Numbered from the stretch's first letter, positions 12,960-26,435 are shown. The stretch: DNA of 64,000 nucleotides from Mytilus californianus (GCF_021869535.1 NW_026262615.1:682001-746000); one strand, 5' to 3'. Numbers and translations are program-made. The notes: generated from the letters alone by a model not told the origin.

Positions 12960-13280
12960 TTGAAATGCACCCTATATTTTAAGGCAGTCTGTTTATAGCA
13001 CGGTTTGGGAAATGTCCGTGAGTTCTATGAAGAGTAATGGTATCTGGGGTGATTACCATTGGTAATTTGAGAATAACTTTTTTTTGTTTATCAATTTTAA
13101 TAAAAATATCATTATGCATACTATTCCTCGAGATTACGCAAATATAAATTCATTAATAATTAGTAGTCTGTTCTATTTTGCTTGGACACGTATTTACGAA
13201 TGCAGAGGTAATACCATTCACTTTGAATAATAAATAGCTCATTTCACTTTTTGTCTAGATCGTAAAAGTATATCTAAGAA
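12960..13280. repeat. Unclassified interspersed repeat; second copy at ~50875-51165
   Basis: Shared blocks AATGCACCC.ATATTTTAA, GACACGTATTTACGAATG and TAGATCGT.AAAGTATATCTAA appear in both places in the same order. Confidence 0.7.
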
Positions 13281-13559
13281 AATGCCTGTACCAAGTCAGG
13301 AGTATGACAGTTATATTCGTGTGTTATGGTAAAGATAATTAATCACCCACTTCATTTATTAGATTTTAGTTTGGTTCAACGAAATTTATACGATATATTT
13401 GGTTTACAGTTTGATTCAGAAGAAACACCGACATAGCTAGATAATACAATTAATTATCTAATTACTACCACAATTTGATATTAATAAGTATTGCAATTTT
13501 CATTGTTATTAATAAATGTAATGTCAGTATTACAAATCTAATCTTGAATCAATCCTAAT

Positions 13560-13700
13560 CCTATCTTATTTTTGGGAAATATTTTTACAAATTCAAATGT
13601 GACGTCACTTTTTGTGTTTTTTTAGAATTCCAAATGTGACGTCACTTTGTGCGTTGATGCTTTGGCTAACTCGGCTGTGTATTTTTATATGTTAGATTAA
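13560..13700. repeat. Interspersed repeat; inverted copy at ~22140-22250
   Basis: TTCAAATGTGACGTCACTTTT (internally duplicated) and GCGTTGATGCTTTGGCTAAC are mirrored by GTTAGCCAAAGAGATCAACGC...AAGTGACGTCACATTTGAA. Confidence 0.7.
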
Positions 13701-13754
13701 GTTGTTTAATGTAATGTATCCGTTTTTATTCTGTAGTTAGTCCCCACTTTGGTT

Positions 13755-14005
13755 TTATCATGTATATCTATTATATAGTCATTTTATAAAATTTACTGTT
13801 TGCAAAATTATAAATTATTCTTAATAATAAGGATGTTCTTGTCCCAGGCAGAAAACCCTGAACGTGTTAGGCGCAACATTTTGGAAGTTTTGGTCCTCAG
13901 TGCTCTTCGGCTATGTACTTGTTATGTCTTTCAAGCTTTTTTTCACTGGATGGTCTTGTGTGGACGAGACGCACGTCTGGCGTATTAAATTTTGAGCCTA
14001 GTACC
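13755..14005 (+). repeat. Diverged retrozyme monomer with inactivated hammerhead
   Basis: Collinear with the reverse complement of 51590-51840; the ribozyme reads CA-CTGGATG-GTC-TTGTGTG-GAC-GAGA-CGCACG-TC-TGGCGTA. Confidence 0.75.
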
Positions 14006-14049
14006 TTTTGTTAGCTATTATTCGTGTGTTTCTTTGTCCTATATGTTCT

Positions 14050-14385
14050 CCCATTTATTTGTATTGTGGTCCTGTCATGTGATGTTGTCGTTTTGGTGTT
14101 GTGTTTGACGTTGCCATTAAAGCGGGAAGTTTGGCATGCCACAAAACCAGGTTCAACCCACCATTTTTTTCTTAAAATGTCCTGTACCAAGTCAGAAAAA
14201 TGGCCATTGTTATATTATAGTTCGTTTCTGTGTGTGTTACATTTTAATGTTGTGTTTTTGTTGTGTCGTTGTTCTCCTCTTATATCTGATGCGTTTCCTT
14301 CAGTTTTAGTTTGTAACCCGGATTTGATTTTATCTCTATAGATTTATGAGTTTCGTACAGCGGTATACGATTGTTGCCTTTAGTT
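14050..14385. repeat. Interspersed repeat family X (copies at 33308-33630 and 63033-63360)
   Basis: Shared AAAACCAGGTTCAACCC, CTTAAAAT.TCCTGTACCAAGTCAG, TTAGTTTGTAACCCGGATTTG and CAGCGGTATAC..TTGTTGCCTTTA. Confidence 0.85.
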
Positions 14386-14569
14386 ATCCATTCGTTTGAT
14401 GTGGTTGAGCTTTTGATTTTGCCATTTGATTAGGGACTTTCCTATTTGAATTTTCCACTGAGTTCAGTATTTTTGTGATTTTACTTTTTTCTAATAAAAT
14501 CAGAGATTACGATAAACGCATGTATATATTCTAATTATAAGGACTACGGTCATGCCTACATATAACCGG

Positions 14570-15260
14570 GTTTATACTGTAATGCTCTTATATAAGCAAA
14601 AACGTCACCTCATGCATCCAACACTAAAACAAAGCACAAGGTCTAATCCAAGAATGTGGTTAGAGCATAAATGATTACAGAAATGATAAATCTTTGATCT
14701 GAGTACAATGTACAGGTGCTGTGTCATCATCAGATGGCCGACTTAAATGGACTGCAAAGAAATATTGATTAACATACAGAACAAACCAGAAATATTAGTA
14801 GTCTCATAGCTTCAGTTGCATTAATTAACCATAAAATCCGCATACAACAGAAATGTAACATTTGATATTACACATCCTAACTTAGGATATTTCACAACTC
14901 TTAACAAGTACAAGAAACGACTTAATACATGTGGATGAAATGAGGTGAAAATGTGTAATATAATAATTTCTGACACGACATGCACGAGGACCAGCGCATT
15001 TCCTTCCTTTTTGTCTTCCATAACACAATACGCATATGTCACAGCAAGCTCAAGATTTACCCAAGTATGCTAACCTGTTTCAGGTAAATTATTAGTTTGA
15101 TGTCAATATAATTACATCATGGTGTTGATGATATCAGAAGCAGGCTAATATCAACAGATGACAGCCAATAATAGAAATGCATAATACATTTATTTGAATT
15201 GTAAAAGGAATTGTAAAATACATTGACCGTTTAAACGACAAACATCACCTGACTACTCCC
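14570..15260 (-). pseudogene. Possible heavily decayed family-B (Methuselah/adhesion-like) GPCR pseudogene
   Basis: Frame-hopping translation gives, in order: GDVC, INVLCISIIGCHLLILACF (TM1-like), NLPETG*HTWVNLELAVTYAY (ICL1/TM2-like), ACRV / IIILHIFTSF..LSRFLYLLRVV (TM3-like), FLLYA. Many stops; recognition is by eye only. Confidence 0.3.
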
Positions 15261-16339
15261 ACTTAACCGTCCATGTAGCGATTGAAATAGCATTGCATTC
15301 AGAAAGTTTATAGTTATAATGTTTTGCTTTTTTGCATTGTCTCCTTCCTTATTGTATAAATGTATTCTATCAATATGACAACATTTGTCATAAATACAGC
15401 TGAGTTTAATTTTTGAGTTAATCTTCTTTGTTTGCATTTTATGACGAATATGTTGTGGTCTACATTTAAACCTATGACTTATTGATTGTGTTCCCTGGTC
15501 AACTTTTTAATTTTTATCACTGGTGAACTGTTACCATCCGAAAGTATCACTGTCCTGGTAGTATTCAATTATTGGTGTATGTTATTTTCAACTGACAAAA
15601 GAAACATAATAGTTCAAGTGCAGATTTTCTTTTCTTTTGTCTTTTTATGAGATGTATTATGCTAAATTCGTAGAATTTAAAGAAAAACAAAACATTTAAA
15701 ATATCCCTAGTACTGCGACAACAATTGAACAGCGTCCTTAATATGACTTCGATTGTCAATAGAGGAATTGTATGCATATTGCATTAATATAAACGTCTAA
15801 TTATTTTCTGAATAGGTCATCAAATTGTACTTTTCAATCCGACTATCATTGTTTGACATGTCATATGTATTCTAGCGAATTCTTATATGTAAATGAGATG
15901 TATAAAGAACGAAATGCGCGTTAATAATGTGATGCACCAATTAAAGATTAAATCTGAGAAGAATACATTTTCAAATTTTAACTAAGTAAGTACAAACTTG
16001 AAGTCAATAATTATAGACATTTTTCAATCGATATTTGATTATGATATAGCTTACCTTAGATCACATAAACCTACTCATATCGCTCAAAAATGTCAGCAAG
16101 TTGACCTTCGATTGAAACTCACAGATCAAAACGTTGCAATTAAACTAGCGATGCTCCATTTTCTAGTTATTTAAGTGTTAATAAGATAGCGTCCCACTTT
16201 CCTTTAATCACTTGTTTAGAGCTTCACGATTTAGTTGATTGCAGGTCAAACAAAAAAAAACGATAAAGTTGTCTATGTATTGTATGTTTGAGGCATCGAC
16301 CCACTTTTCTGTATATATATATGCCAACGTCTCACTCTT

Positions 16340-16912
16340 GTGGATCATTGGTATATATTTCTGCAGATAGAATTTTCTGATACTTTGCCAAAATGTAGAT
16401 TTGTCCATGTTTTTTTTTCAAAAACATAATATAAAGTATGGGTCACCGTGTCATTTTTCAAGCTACAAGTCGTGTAAATTGCCACAATTTGCATAGATTG
16501 TTCATGAAAAACTTTTTTTTTCTGAATAAAAAGAAATCTATGAGATGGAATCTCGAAAAGAAAGAAAAGATACAATGTAGGTTTTAAATTATGCATTAAC
16601 AAAATAAAAAGAAAACAATTAGTGTCACCGACTTTGCCTTCTTGATACAATTAAACATTTTAAAATTTTCAAGCATTCCTTTATAAAGACTTTATTATAT
16701 GAGTTATTTTCAAATGGCCAATTTGAAAATATGATTTAAACAAACACAATTTGTATGTATTTGTTAAATCAGTTTGGATAATGCAATAAGACACTTATTT
16801 TTTTTTTATTCCAATGAACATTCTAACACATATTAGCCACATTTGCAGAATGAAAGACCGAGTGTGAACTGCTATTTTACAATCCAAGATGGCAGTGCAC
16901 AGTTAATCTGCC
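16340..16912. mobile_element. Second, more diverged copy of the 10726 MITE family
   Basis: Shares AAAGTATGGGTCACCGTG, CAAAATGTAG, GTCACCG and CCAAGATGG blocks and ends in CTGCC-TTAA (16913-16). The left TIR is not recognisable. Confidence 0.6.
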
Positions 16913-19704
16913 TTAATTTCACTGTTATTGTTCGATATGAAAGCCCTGTAGTATAGTATAAGCAGAGACATACGTATATATATATATATATGTGTGTCTC
17001 TAGTATGAGATAATTTTAGCGACCTTATATAAAACTTCTTTTTACAAAATACGCTCCAGTTGATATGAATATGCAAATTTGAATTAAGGTTAGTCATAAT
17101 TTGACTTCTTTTGATCACGAATTGATTTCTCAAATATTCAAGATGTTTAGCTACACGAAAAGCTTTTTATATTTTTAAGAGCTTGTATTTATAGTTGATT
17201 CCATTATTGAAATAGCCGCTTATCGGCATTTTTTAAAAGAATAAACCTTGGATTTTTATACGAGTTTTTAATGCCTCGGGGTAAAGTCGGACGATCAACA
17301 TGTTAAGTACATAAAGCTTTAAGATTCTCAAAACTATTCTTCTTTTTCACATGATATTATAAATATTCAGATTATATATTTTCCGATGAGGAAAGTGAAA
17401 ACGATTCGGACACACCATATCTTTAAAATTATATCCGTCCTTTTCTTTAATTATTAGGTTCCCGAGGTTAATTGAAAATTGTAAATTTCTTTCGGTTTAT
17501 ATTCTGACATTTACTACGCCTGGAAAGGTTAACCCTAGACGTTGAAATGCACTTGGGTGAGGACCAAAATAACAGTTTACAGAATGCCAATTTGTCAACA
17601 CGCTATCAGATATTTATTTTTGTTTTACTTAGCCTTCGGGGAAAACATTTTAAAAATTAAATTCCATGATACGATCTTCTTTCAGCACTGACAACCTATT
17701 AAAATCTGAAATATTAAACTACCTTTACCGTAGGAGTTTTAAGTAAATGGATATAAAAGTTGCACTTCAACTCGTTAATTGTTTTATTGTTAGATGGTTA
17801 TTAGCTTTGAAAATCAGTCATCGGTGTACTTTAGATTGTGTTAATTATGATATGATTAGCGAACACGTCTTTATATGATGTCAGTTCTACTCCCTGAATG
17901 CTACTGTGATAAAAGAAAAACACATCACAACTCACAAGTGAGAATAAATAAATAAGATTCATCATTTTCTTTTTTATAAGTGGGCACATATCGATAAAAT
18001 TTGCTGAATATATTCTGTTATATGATGAATCAAAACTCAAAAGTGTTCCCTTTAAAATATTTAAATGTTATCAAATCATATTATCGTTTAGATTCTTTTG
18101 AGGAATCCTAATTAGCTTTATGTATACTCATATTGATTGACGACACATACTTAATGCCTGGGTGAGTTAAATTGCTAAAAATCTACTTTCGCATTTTGAT
18201 TTCTTACAGCATGTTGCTTTGTATATGTTTAGGTGTCAAACTATTGAAACAAATGATACCATTGAATGAAAAACTAGTGGGTGGCATATCTAAATGTAAT
18301 TTGAGAGTGGTTTAGAAGGCGGAAATCTATTCATTATTATCTACATTTTTTTCGCTTGACCGATATTATTATTATATATGTATTAAGTGCCATTCTTGTT
18401 TTAAATATAATTTGTTGATTTTGATATTCGTATTTCTTTCATCTTCAGCACCGAAGATAACACGTGCAAGTATAAGCATTCCTTCAATTAATCGTTGGAA
18501 ACAATCGTTACGAAAATTGATTAGTATTTATAACAAAAGTCGTAGGGTGTCGACTCGATAAACCCCATACTTTCTAAATGCAACTACATAATGATTTCAT
18601 TGAACTATCAGTCATATAAGTGGTCTTTTTAAAACAATTATAATTTTAAGTGCTATCTGAAATTTGAAAATGTTTTGTTATGGTTATAAGAATCGATATA
18701 CGTAGGACATCTAGTTTATGTTGCATATTAAAAAAAATGGATACGCATGATTTTATCTGCAAAAATTAATTTAAAATGCAGTATAACATTAATTTTTTGG
18801 CTTGATAGTAATAGTATACAGAACTTAAATGATAAGGAAAAGTCAAAATAAAAATTACATTTCAAAATAAATTTAGGAAGTCCGAATGTCTTCGAATATT
18901 CTGATATATTCAGGGAAACCTTAACTTCAATAATTTGGACCTAGGTTTGGTATTGGTTTCTTAATTTTGAAACAAAGAATTTATGAGAGAGGTATGCTAT
19001 AAATCATGTCAGTACCAAAGCACTCACTTCCATGATGATATTACCCTTTGACACTAGCAGTACATCAGCAGCAATATTGATTTTTTTACTCGAAAATAAA
19101 AAATGTGCTGTATAAATGTTGTGAGTTCGAAGCAATTTTCAATAAAGGTAACACCAAACATTGAAAGTCAGTGATGACTAAGTACTAGAATAACTAAAAG
19201 AGACATATGACGAAAGGTCTTTCGCCTCTCTTTCAGAAAGTTTGTTATAAATCAAGCCAATACAGAAGCAAATTTATCTTTATTTGGCTTGATAGACCTA
19301 TGCTCACTTCAATTAAAATTAAATAAGGCTTTTCTTTTTTTGGGGGGTTTTGGTTTTTTTTTTTTTTTACTTTTATTATTGTTATAATGTACACATATAT
19401 ATATATATATATATATTGTGCATTGCATAATATTATGTCTTCTGTACTTTTCATGACTTTACTATATGTAATCAATCTTTGCTTATATTCGAATGTATGT
19501 TAGCTTGGGTTGATATCAGTATTAAGTACCTATGAGTATTCTATGATACTGTATTGTTTCGTAATGTTTTGCAGGTACTTTCGATTTGTTTCATTTGTAT
19601 TTAGAGCTTAGAGATTTTCCTTATCTGATCAGCACCAATGTCTTGCACGCAAAGACAAAACACCTCATTTTTATGATATTTTATTCAAATACTTATATAA
19701 AATT

Positions 19705-20250
19705 GAGAATGGAAATGGGGAATATGTCAAAGAGACAACAACCCGGCCAAAGAGCAGATAACAGCCGAAGGCCATCAATGTGTCTTCAACGCAGCGAGAC
19801 AATCCCGCACCCGGAAGTGGTCCTAAGCTGGCCCCTAAATAAAATGTGTACTAGTTCAGTGAAAAGGACGTCAAACTAAACTCCAAAACATATAAATGAA
19901 CTAAAATTAAAAAAACATACAAGACTGACAAAGGCAGGAGGCTCTTGACTTGGGACAGGCGCAAATATGCGGCGGGGTTAAACATGTTTTGTGAGATCTC
20001 AACCCCCAAACATGTTTTGTGAGATCTCAATCCTCCCCCTATAACTCTAGCCAATATATAATAAAGAAACACACAGCGATACGAGCACTAAAACTCAGTT
20101 TAAAAGAAGTCCGAGTCCGATGTCAGAATAGGTAACAAAAGAAACTAAGCAAAATGACAATGATACATCAATTAACAACGACTACTGACATGCCAGCTTC
20201 AGACCTTAATTAAACTGATTGAAAGATTATGTCTTCATCATATGAACTTA
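19705..20250. repeat. Composite interspersed repeat (family Y, inverted) with internal 28-bp tandem duplication
   Basis: Reverse complement of blocks at 31290-31505 and 23585-23760. AAACATGTTTTGTGAGATCTCAA occurs at 19980 and 20008. Confidence 0.8.
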
Positions 20251-20499
20251 TATAGTATACATGTTATGTTATGTCTGCTTTTTTTATATAAGGAAAGAAG
20301 AAATAAGACATCTTTCTATTTTGAACAATTTCAAGTAATATGTTCTTGTTCTTATTGCAATACGGTGCAATCCTCTTAATGAATATTATTCCACAATTGT
20401 TCATGCTCGATGTGACAACAAAGATGAAAGAAAATATTTACAGGTGCAAGTTGAAATCAGTCTTATGGTGGAATTGTTGGATACTGCCGATCAGTTACA

Positions 20500-21170
20500 C
20501 CCTGCATGAACACATCTAGTGATGAACTATCAAACAATGTTGTGGAAGGCTGTTCCATTTCCATATAATGTCTGGTGAGAAGGGATGACTGTATGTTGAT
20601 GTTCTGACATATGAGACAAGGAATTGCATACGGTGTCCTCTAGCTACTGATGTTGTATTATGTAGCTCTAGTGGTATTGGTACGAGGCCATGTTCTATTC
20701 TGTAAATAATCACAGCTTTACCTTTGGCCCTCCACTCGGCTAATGGTTGCCACTGTAGAGTTTTTAGTATTAATGATACACTTATTGTTTGTTAGTAATC
20801 GTTCATTACAAACCGGGCTGACCTTCTCTGCACTCGTTCTCGTGTCTGCATGTTAAGACTAATAAACGGGTCTTAAACTGTTCATGCATGTTCAGTGATC
20901 TTACTAACGTTGTGAATCATACAAATTCTGCTTGTTGGTGACAGTTCTGCAGGTTTCTTTGGATAAAAAGCCCTTTTAGAAATCACTTTTGAGCTATGTC
21001 CTCAATGAATGTGTTCCAATTTATGGTTTTATGGATTGTAGCACCTACTTATTTATCCGAGTAAATAAATTCTTATTACAATTTACATTGCACTTTGTCT
21101 AATAATTTTTACCAATGCCCGTATTGGCTACAACAACGATTTTACCTAAGTTACTAATAAAATCAAAAGA
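20500..21170 (-). mobile_element. Decayed 3' fragment of an L2/CR1-group LINE
   Basis: Minus-strand remnants ERVQRRSARFVMNDY, IIYRIEHGLVPI and TYSHPFSPDIIWKWNSLP, typical of the RT C-terminal region. Confidence 0.65.
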
Positions 21171-21339
21171 TTTAGATAGCAAAAGTATTATACATTTGTA
21201 TTCTTTGTACGTTGCATTATACAAAGTTTGTCGGTAAGCATATATAAACGTTATTGGTGATACATACAAAATCAAAGGCTAACAACGGGTTTTTTGTCCC
21301 CCTTTTTGTTTAGATCTTTAAAAACCGAAAGTATAATTA

Positions 21340-21535
21340 ATCAAACCACCACGTCCACTTTGTGATTTTTTTAGATGTATTTCTTTTTGTATCCGTCTGA
21401 TGCGTAAAGCATTTTTCAACTGATTTGTATAGTTTGTTCTTATGTTGTACTGTTACACCACTGTCCCAGGTTAGTGGGAGGGTAGAGCGCTCACAAACTT
21501 GTTTAACCCCGCCACATGCTGCATGTGCGTGTCCC
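21340..21535. repeat. Interspersed repeat family Y (partial)
   Basis: CCACGTCCAC...TTTTCAACTGATT...TGTTGTACTGTTACACCACTGTCCCAGGTTAG...TTTAACCCCGCCACA is also present at 35380-35500 and 38930-39050. Confidence 0.8.
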
Positions 21536-24500
21536 AAAAAAAACCATAATATGTAAACGTTGTGTTGATCAACATCATTTTTTTGTTATTTTTACTTGAT
21601 GTTCAAAGCCCTTTTGCTTCAAAGTACAGCATTCAATGCAATAATTAAAAGCATGCCAATGTAGATATATAACTGCATTTGAACACGAATGTATACAGAG
21701 TAAAATTAAATTCAACCACTAAGCAATTGACGATGAAATTTGTTTTTTGCTACTAGTCTGCAAAATAAATGTTCATTTTTAGCTTTTGATAAACATATAA
21801 GTCATCAGTTCATATCCATAATCTTTCCATTTGCGTCCCAGACAAAACGCATTTGTGTTAGATTTACAGTTGGGGGATGATCGCATTGACCTAGCACACT
21901 ATATTTATCATCTTAAAATTATAGCTTGATTAACAATCTTTCTAGGATAGAATACCCCAGACTTCCCTAAATCAGTTATGAATCATCGACTATTAAAAAG
22001 AACTTAATAGTATCAAGTATATCATTCTCTTTTGAAGGAATGTTTCTTATATTAGTGTTAATATAGAATAGATATACATGATAACACCGAAGTGGTGACT
22101 AACTACAGAATAAAAACGGATACATAAAACAACATAAACCAGCACATAAAAATTCACATCCTAGTTAGCCAAAGAGATCAACGCAAAAAAAGTGACGTCA
22201 CATTTGAATTTCTGAAATTTCCCCAAAATAGGATAGAAGTAGGATAGAATTCAATATTCTTTTTGTTCATATGGCTTTTGGAATGTTTTGATTTCAATTT
22301 GTATCCATGTAAAACAATAGTTTTAAAAAAGTGTGAATGAGAGGGGAGAAAACACTATTGAAAAAAAAACTGAAGCGATACATGAATCATTGTGCTTGTG
22401 TAGAATAAACTATCAAATAATGTAAAATCTTGAAATGATTTAGGATGCATCTGTTTATTGGCTTGAATAATAACTTTCTTTTGTTCATGCTTGATGTCTT
22501 GGTTTTAACGAATTTTGTATAAAACAAAATCTGAAATTTGTATTGTTGACATATTTCGTGGTGGTTAATTTTTACACATAAAATACACAAAAATTTATTC
22601 GCCACCAATGATGAATGTATGATCGGATGATAATTTTTTTCTCTCTTACATTTGATCTAGGAATGGTGAAAGCACTAATATATACACCTATTTCTCTGTG
22701 AATAACATTTTAGAAAATTCAATACATATATCAGTAATCGATTTGGTTTTCATTGTCATGAGCATAGACATACTTTCATGTGGACAAAAATGTTTAACTG
22801 ACGTTATACAGCGTTCGACAGACACATAATTCTTTAACAATCATGGCAGTTATAATGAATAACAATATTTTACCGTTTCATGTGTTCGATTTCATTTGTT
22901 TTTGATCGTGCAGTTGTTGGATAATTTATTGATATATTGTAGCTCCGTGTGTGCTTATTGTCTAGCGATATAAATAGTTTGTTTATTCATATTGATAATA
23001 TGTGCATATCCAACTTTGTGTGTTTGAACTACGTGGTAATGAAACAATGTGAAGAAAGAACTCAAATGTTTTACGAAGAGCCATCAAGCATGTCATAGAT
23101 CATACTCAGTAATGATGCATTGATTACAATAAAGTACAGAACACTAGTACTAAACCTGTCCCTACTCTCAAGAGATCGAATTTATCGTTTCTTCCATGAG
23201 ATGAAGACTGATTCCATATATCCACAGATGCCCATTGCCTAAAAAACGTGTTTGTATTTTACATTATCGAATCATCCTGCAATAATTAATTATGAAGCCC
23301 TTTACATATTTTGACGGTATATTTTTACATACATTTTGTTTACTTTTATTGACTACATTGTATATACAGGAGGAGGAAGATCCCCGGTTTTTGATGGAGT
23401 TCGTCTTGCTCAGATGCTTTAGATGCCTATGTTGTGTGTTGCGTACTGTTTGTCTTTGATCGTTTTTTTTTTTTTCAATTGTTACCATTGCTTTATCAGT
23501 TAATTTTCGACTGATGAATGTATGTATCCCTGTTGGATTTTTGTCCCTATTTTAAAGCTATCATATTCTTTTTAAGATATGGAAAAATTAATAAAAATAT
23601 AATTGAGGTCTGGAGCTGGCATGCAAGTAACTGCTAGTAGTCCTTTGTTAATGAAGGTAATAATTAACATTTTGCGTAGTTTCTGTGACCTATTCATATT
23701 TATATAGGACTCGGTCTTCTTTAAAACTGAGTTTTACTGAGTGTATTGATGTGTGTTTGTTTATCCCTCATTAGCTAGAAGTATTAGGGTGCGGAGAGAT
23801 CTCATAAAGCATATGAAATCCCGCCGCATTGTTGCGCCAGTCCCACGTAAGGAACCTCACACCCTTGATAGTTTTGTGTATTTTCATTTAAATGATATAT
23901 TTGTTGACTGTGTGTATATTTTTGGACAATGCAAAATATCAGAGAAGCACATTCATTTTATACCAATAATGCTAATAACGGCCACCCGCTTGTTTTAATT
24001 CCGGAAATATCATACATATGTGTTTGTCTTTTTTTTTAAGTCACTCATATCGGTTAAAGAGGATGTCCAAACTATAAGGTAAATTATGATGTATGATGCT
24101 AGACCAGATAAGATGTTGTGCAACATCAATACACACGTTCAAATAGATATGCTTTTGATATTCATTCGAAGTTTCTAGAGTTTCGATATTGAATATTTAA
24201 AATTCCCCTCAATTGACATATATGGTGCCAAAAGTTTGCATTATAATGGTGAATAAGGATTGTAGAACTAGCTTCAGTTTTGTATATAACTGTCACACTA
24301 CACAGTCAAACCAATTTTGGAATAGACAATTGTGTCTGTATTGATATGAGTTTTAGCCATGTAGTTCAACATTAAAACGACAGTACCTTTACTTAACTCA
24401 AATGCATTCTTCGACAATTGTATCCCTTCGATGATGCTTGAGGTCTGAATATTTGAACAATCCAACACGTATTTAAAACGCTAGAGATCTCATTCAAAAC

Positions 24501-25159
24501 TTGCTTTATATATTATGAAAAACATTGGCAAGAATTACAAAACAGTTTTTTCAGACAACATCCATCTGCTTTTATATATTGATACAAAGCCAAAGTTTAT
24601 GATAGATGCTAGAAATTCATATATCCTTTAGGAATATACCAAATCAACATAATACACACAGTAGGAGTCGACTCGAAGACCGAATTTGAGTGGTTCGACA
24701 GCCTTAAAACTCCTGTAAAGCGAGAAAATCCATACACAGTCTATTCGACAAAATCGGTGTAAAACAGGCGATTTTTCTGATATCTTATGATATATGACTT
24801 TCCACCATGTCTTATATGTATTCAGACTCATAAACGTCGTATCAATCACCAAATACTAGATTTGATGTTAAAACATGTTTTGATGGAACAATTTTATGTG
24901 AAACAGAAACTATTTAAATACAGCACAATATTATATGAACATTTGCGTTCGTTAATCCTTTATTGATCAATGTTGAAACCATAAGTTTGTTAAAAAAAAA
25001 CTCTTAGTGTTCTACCAAATCATGTTGATCTTACTCTTATCATTTGACAAGAGAAACATTCTAAAAACTGAACTTGAACACAACCCGCTAAAGAACCACA
25101 AGAAGCGAAACAAAATCATATTAGTCTTTTTATTTTAATAAAGTACAACAAAAACAATG

Positions 25160-25325
25160 AGGCACATGCCTATATACACGAGACAGGTGTTGAACTAGAA
25201 TGGTGTGAATTACACATGATACACGCCTACATCCACCTGTTTGGTCTTTAACTGGAAAAGTGTGAGTTACACATAATATATGATTACATCCACGAGTTTG
25301 GTGTTGAGCTGGATTGGTGTGAATT
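25160..25325 (-). repeat. Three diverged in-frame 57-bp tandem units spanning the GPCR stop codon
   Basis: GTGTGA(A/G)TT recurs at 25203, 25260 and 25317 (period 57). Minus-strand translation: NSHQSSSTPNSWM*, NSHFSS*RPNRWM*, NSHHSSSTPVSCI*. Confidence 0.75.
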
Positions 25326-26435
25326 TTGAACTGAGCATCTTTGATAACTTTCGTTTACCTTACGTCTATAAGTAAAGAAAGCCTTCAATTCTTTTCTGAA
25401 GTACGCACCCGTTACAGAATAGAGAAAGAAATTTATACAATAGTTCAAAAAATATGCAGTCTTGGTAAAGAATAGTATGTTTTGCAAGGTATCTACTTTA
25501 CTACCTGATGAAAATGTTTTCGTTCTTGTTTGGTGAAACTGCTTAAACCATACAACAGCGTAAGGTGAGTTAAAAGCAATAAAACAAATCGAAATTGTTA
25601 TAAGTATTACAGTAAACTCAAACCGAATGATGCTTTCTTCAGTAATAAAATTGCATTTCCGATGTTGTCTGCTCCTTTCTATCAATGTACGAATTATCAG
25701 TATGTTAAGAGTTGTTATGACAAAAAACGGTAGGAATGTTATACACACTGCAAATACGCAATCGTAAATAAATGAAACCGTCACAAGGTCTGTTTTCGGG
25801 AGACACCATGGGGTTTGATCAGGTCCAATATGGCGAACTTCATTTAGCCAAGGCCTTATTGAGGAAATGAATATTGATATCAGCACTAAAATTACAACAA
25901 TTTTCTTTGACGAATTAATATCACATATGCCCCTTCGTTTGAGTGGATGACATATTCCTATGTACCGTTCCAAAGTAAAACTTGCCACCAGCCATGTTGA
26001 GAGAAATCGAGAGGCGTATGACAAGAAAATTGTAAGTTGACAAATTCCATTGACGTCTAAAAATTCTGCAATGTTGCTACGGAATTCCTCACGTAATCCA
26101 CGCTTCACCCATTCAATGAGAACAAAAAATATCAAAGCTAGAAGATCTGCTGTCGACAGAGCAGCTAAATAGACACTAGCTGATAATTTTCTCATGTTTT
26201 TGGTAACAAATACCATTAGTGATAAAACGTTTCCCACAATTCCTACGATGAATATAATAGGTGTAAAATAGGTGAAGAAAACTAGTCCTTCGTGGCTGAT
26301 CTCAGTTGAATTGTTTAACTCCCCAAAACTGAGAAAAAAATCGTTGTCATTGCATGGTATTTGAGTACTGTTTGAACTGTTAAACCTTAAGCATGGGTCA
26401 TTCTTTGTTTCGTTTTCCTGAAATAATAGAAGCAT
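25284..26435 (-). CDS. Class A (rhodopsin-like) peptide GPCR, FMRFamide/CNMamide-receptor-like, 383 aa
   Basis: Uninterrupted ORF with seven hydrophobic segments and family motifs: N-terminal N-glycosylation sites (NET, NSS, NST), TM1 GIVGN, TM2 YLAALSTAD, TM3 Cys and TLERYIGICHP, TM5 LPF, TM6 CFIAFNSPY, TM7 INFFLY, helix-8 FRKEL. The annotated ATG overlaps a TTTCAG that could instead be a splice acceptor. Confidence 0.93.
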   Translation of the reverse strand: MLLLFQENETKNDPCLRFNSSNSTQIPCNDNDFFLSFGELNNSTEISHEGLVFFTYFTPIIFIVGIVGNVLSLMVFVTKNMRKLSASVYLAALSTADLLALIFFVLIEWVKRGLREEFRSNIAEFLDVNGICQLTIFLSYASRFLSTWLVASFTLERYIGICHPLKRRGICDINSSKKIVVILVLISIFISSIRPWLNEVRHIGPDQTPWCLPKTDLVTVSFIYDCVFAVCITFLPFFVITTLNILIIRTLIERSRQHRKCNFITEESIIRFEFTVILITISICFIAFNSPYAVVWFKQFHQTRTKTFSSGSKVDTLQNILFFTKTAYFLNYCINFFLYSVTGAYFRKELKAFFTYRRKVNESYQRCSVQNSHQSSSTPNSWM

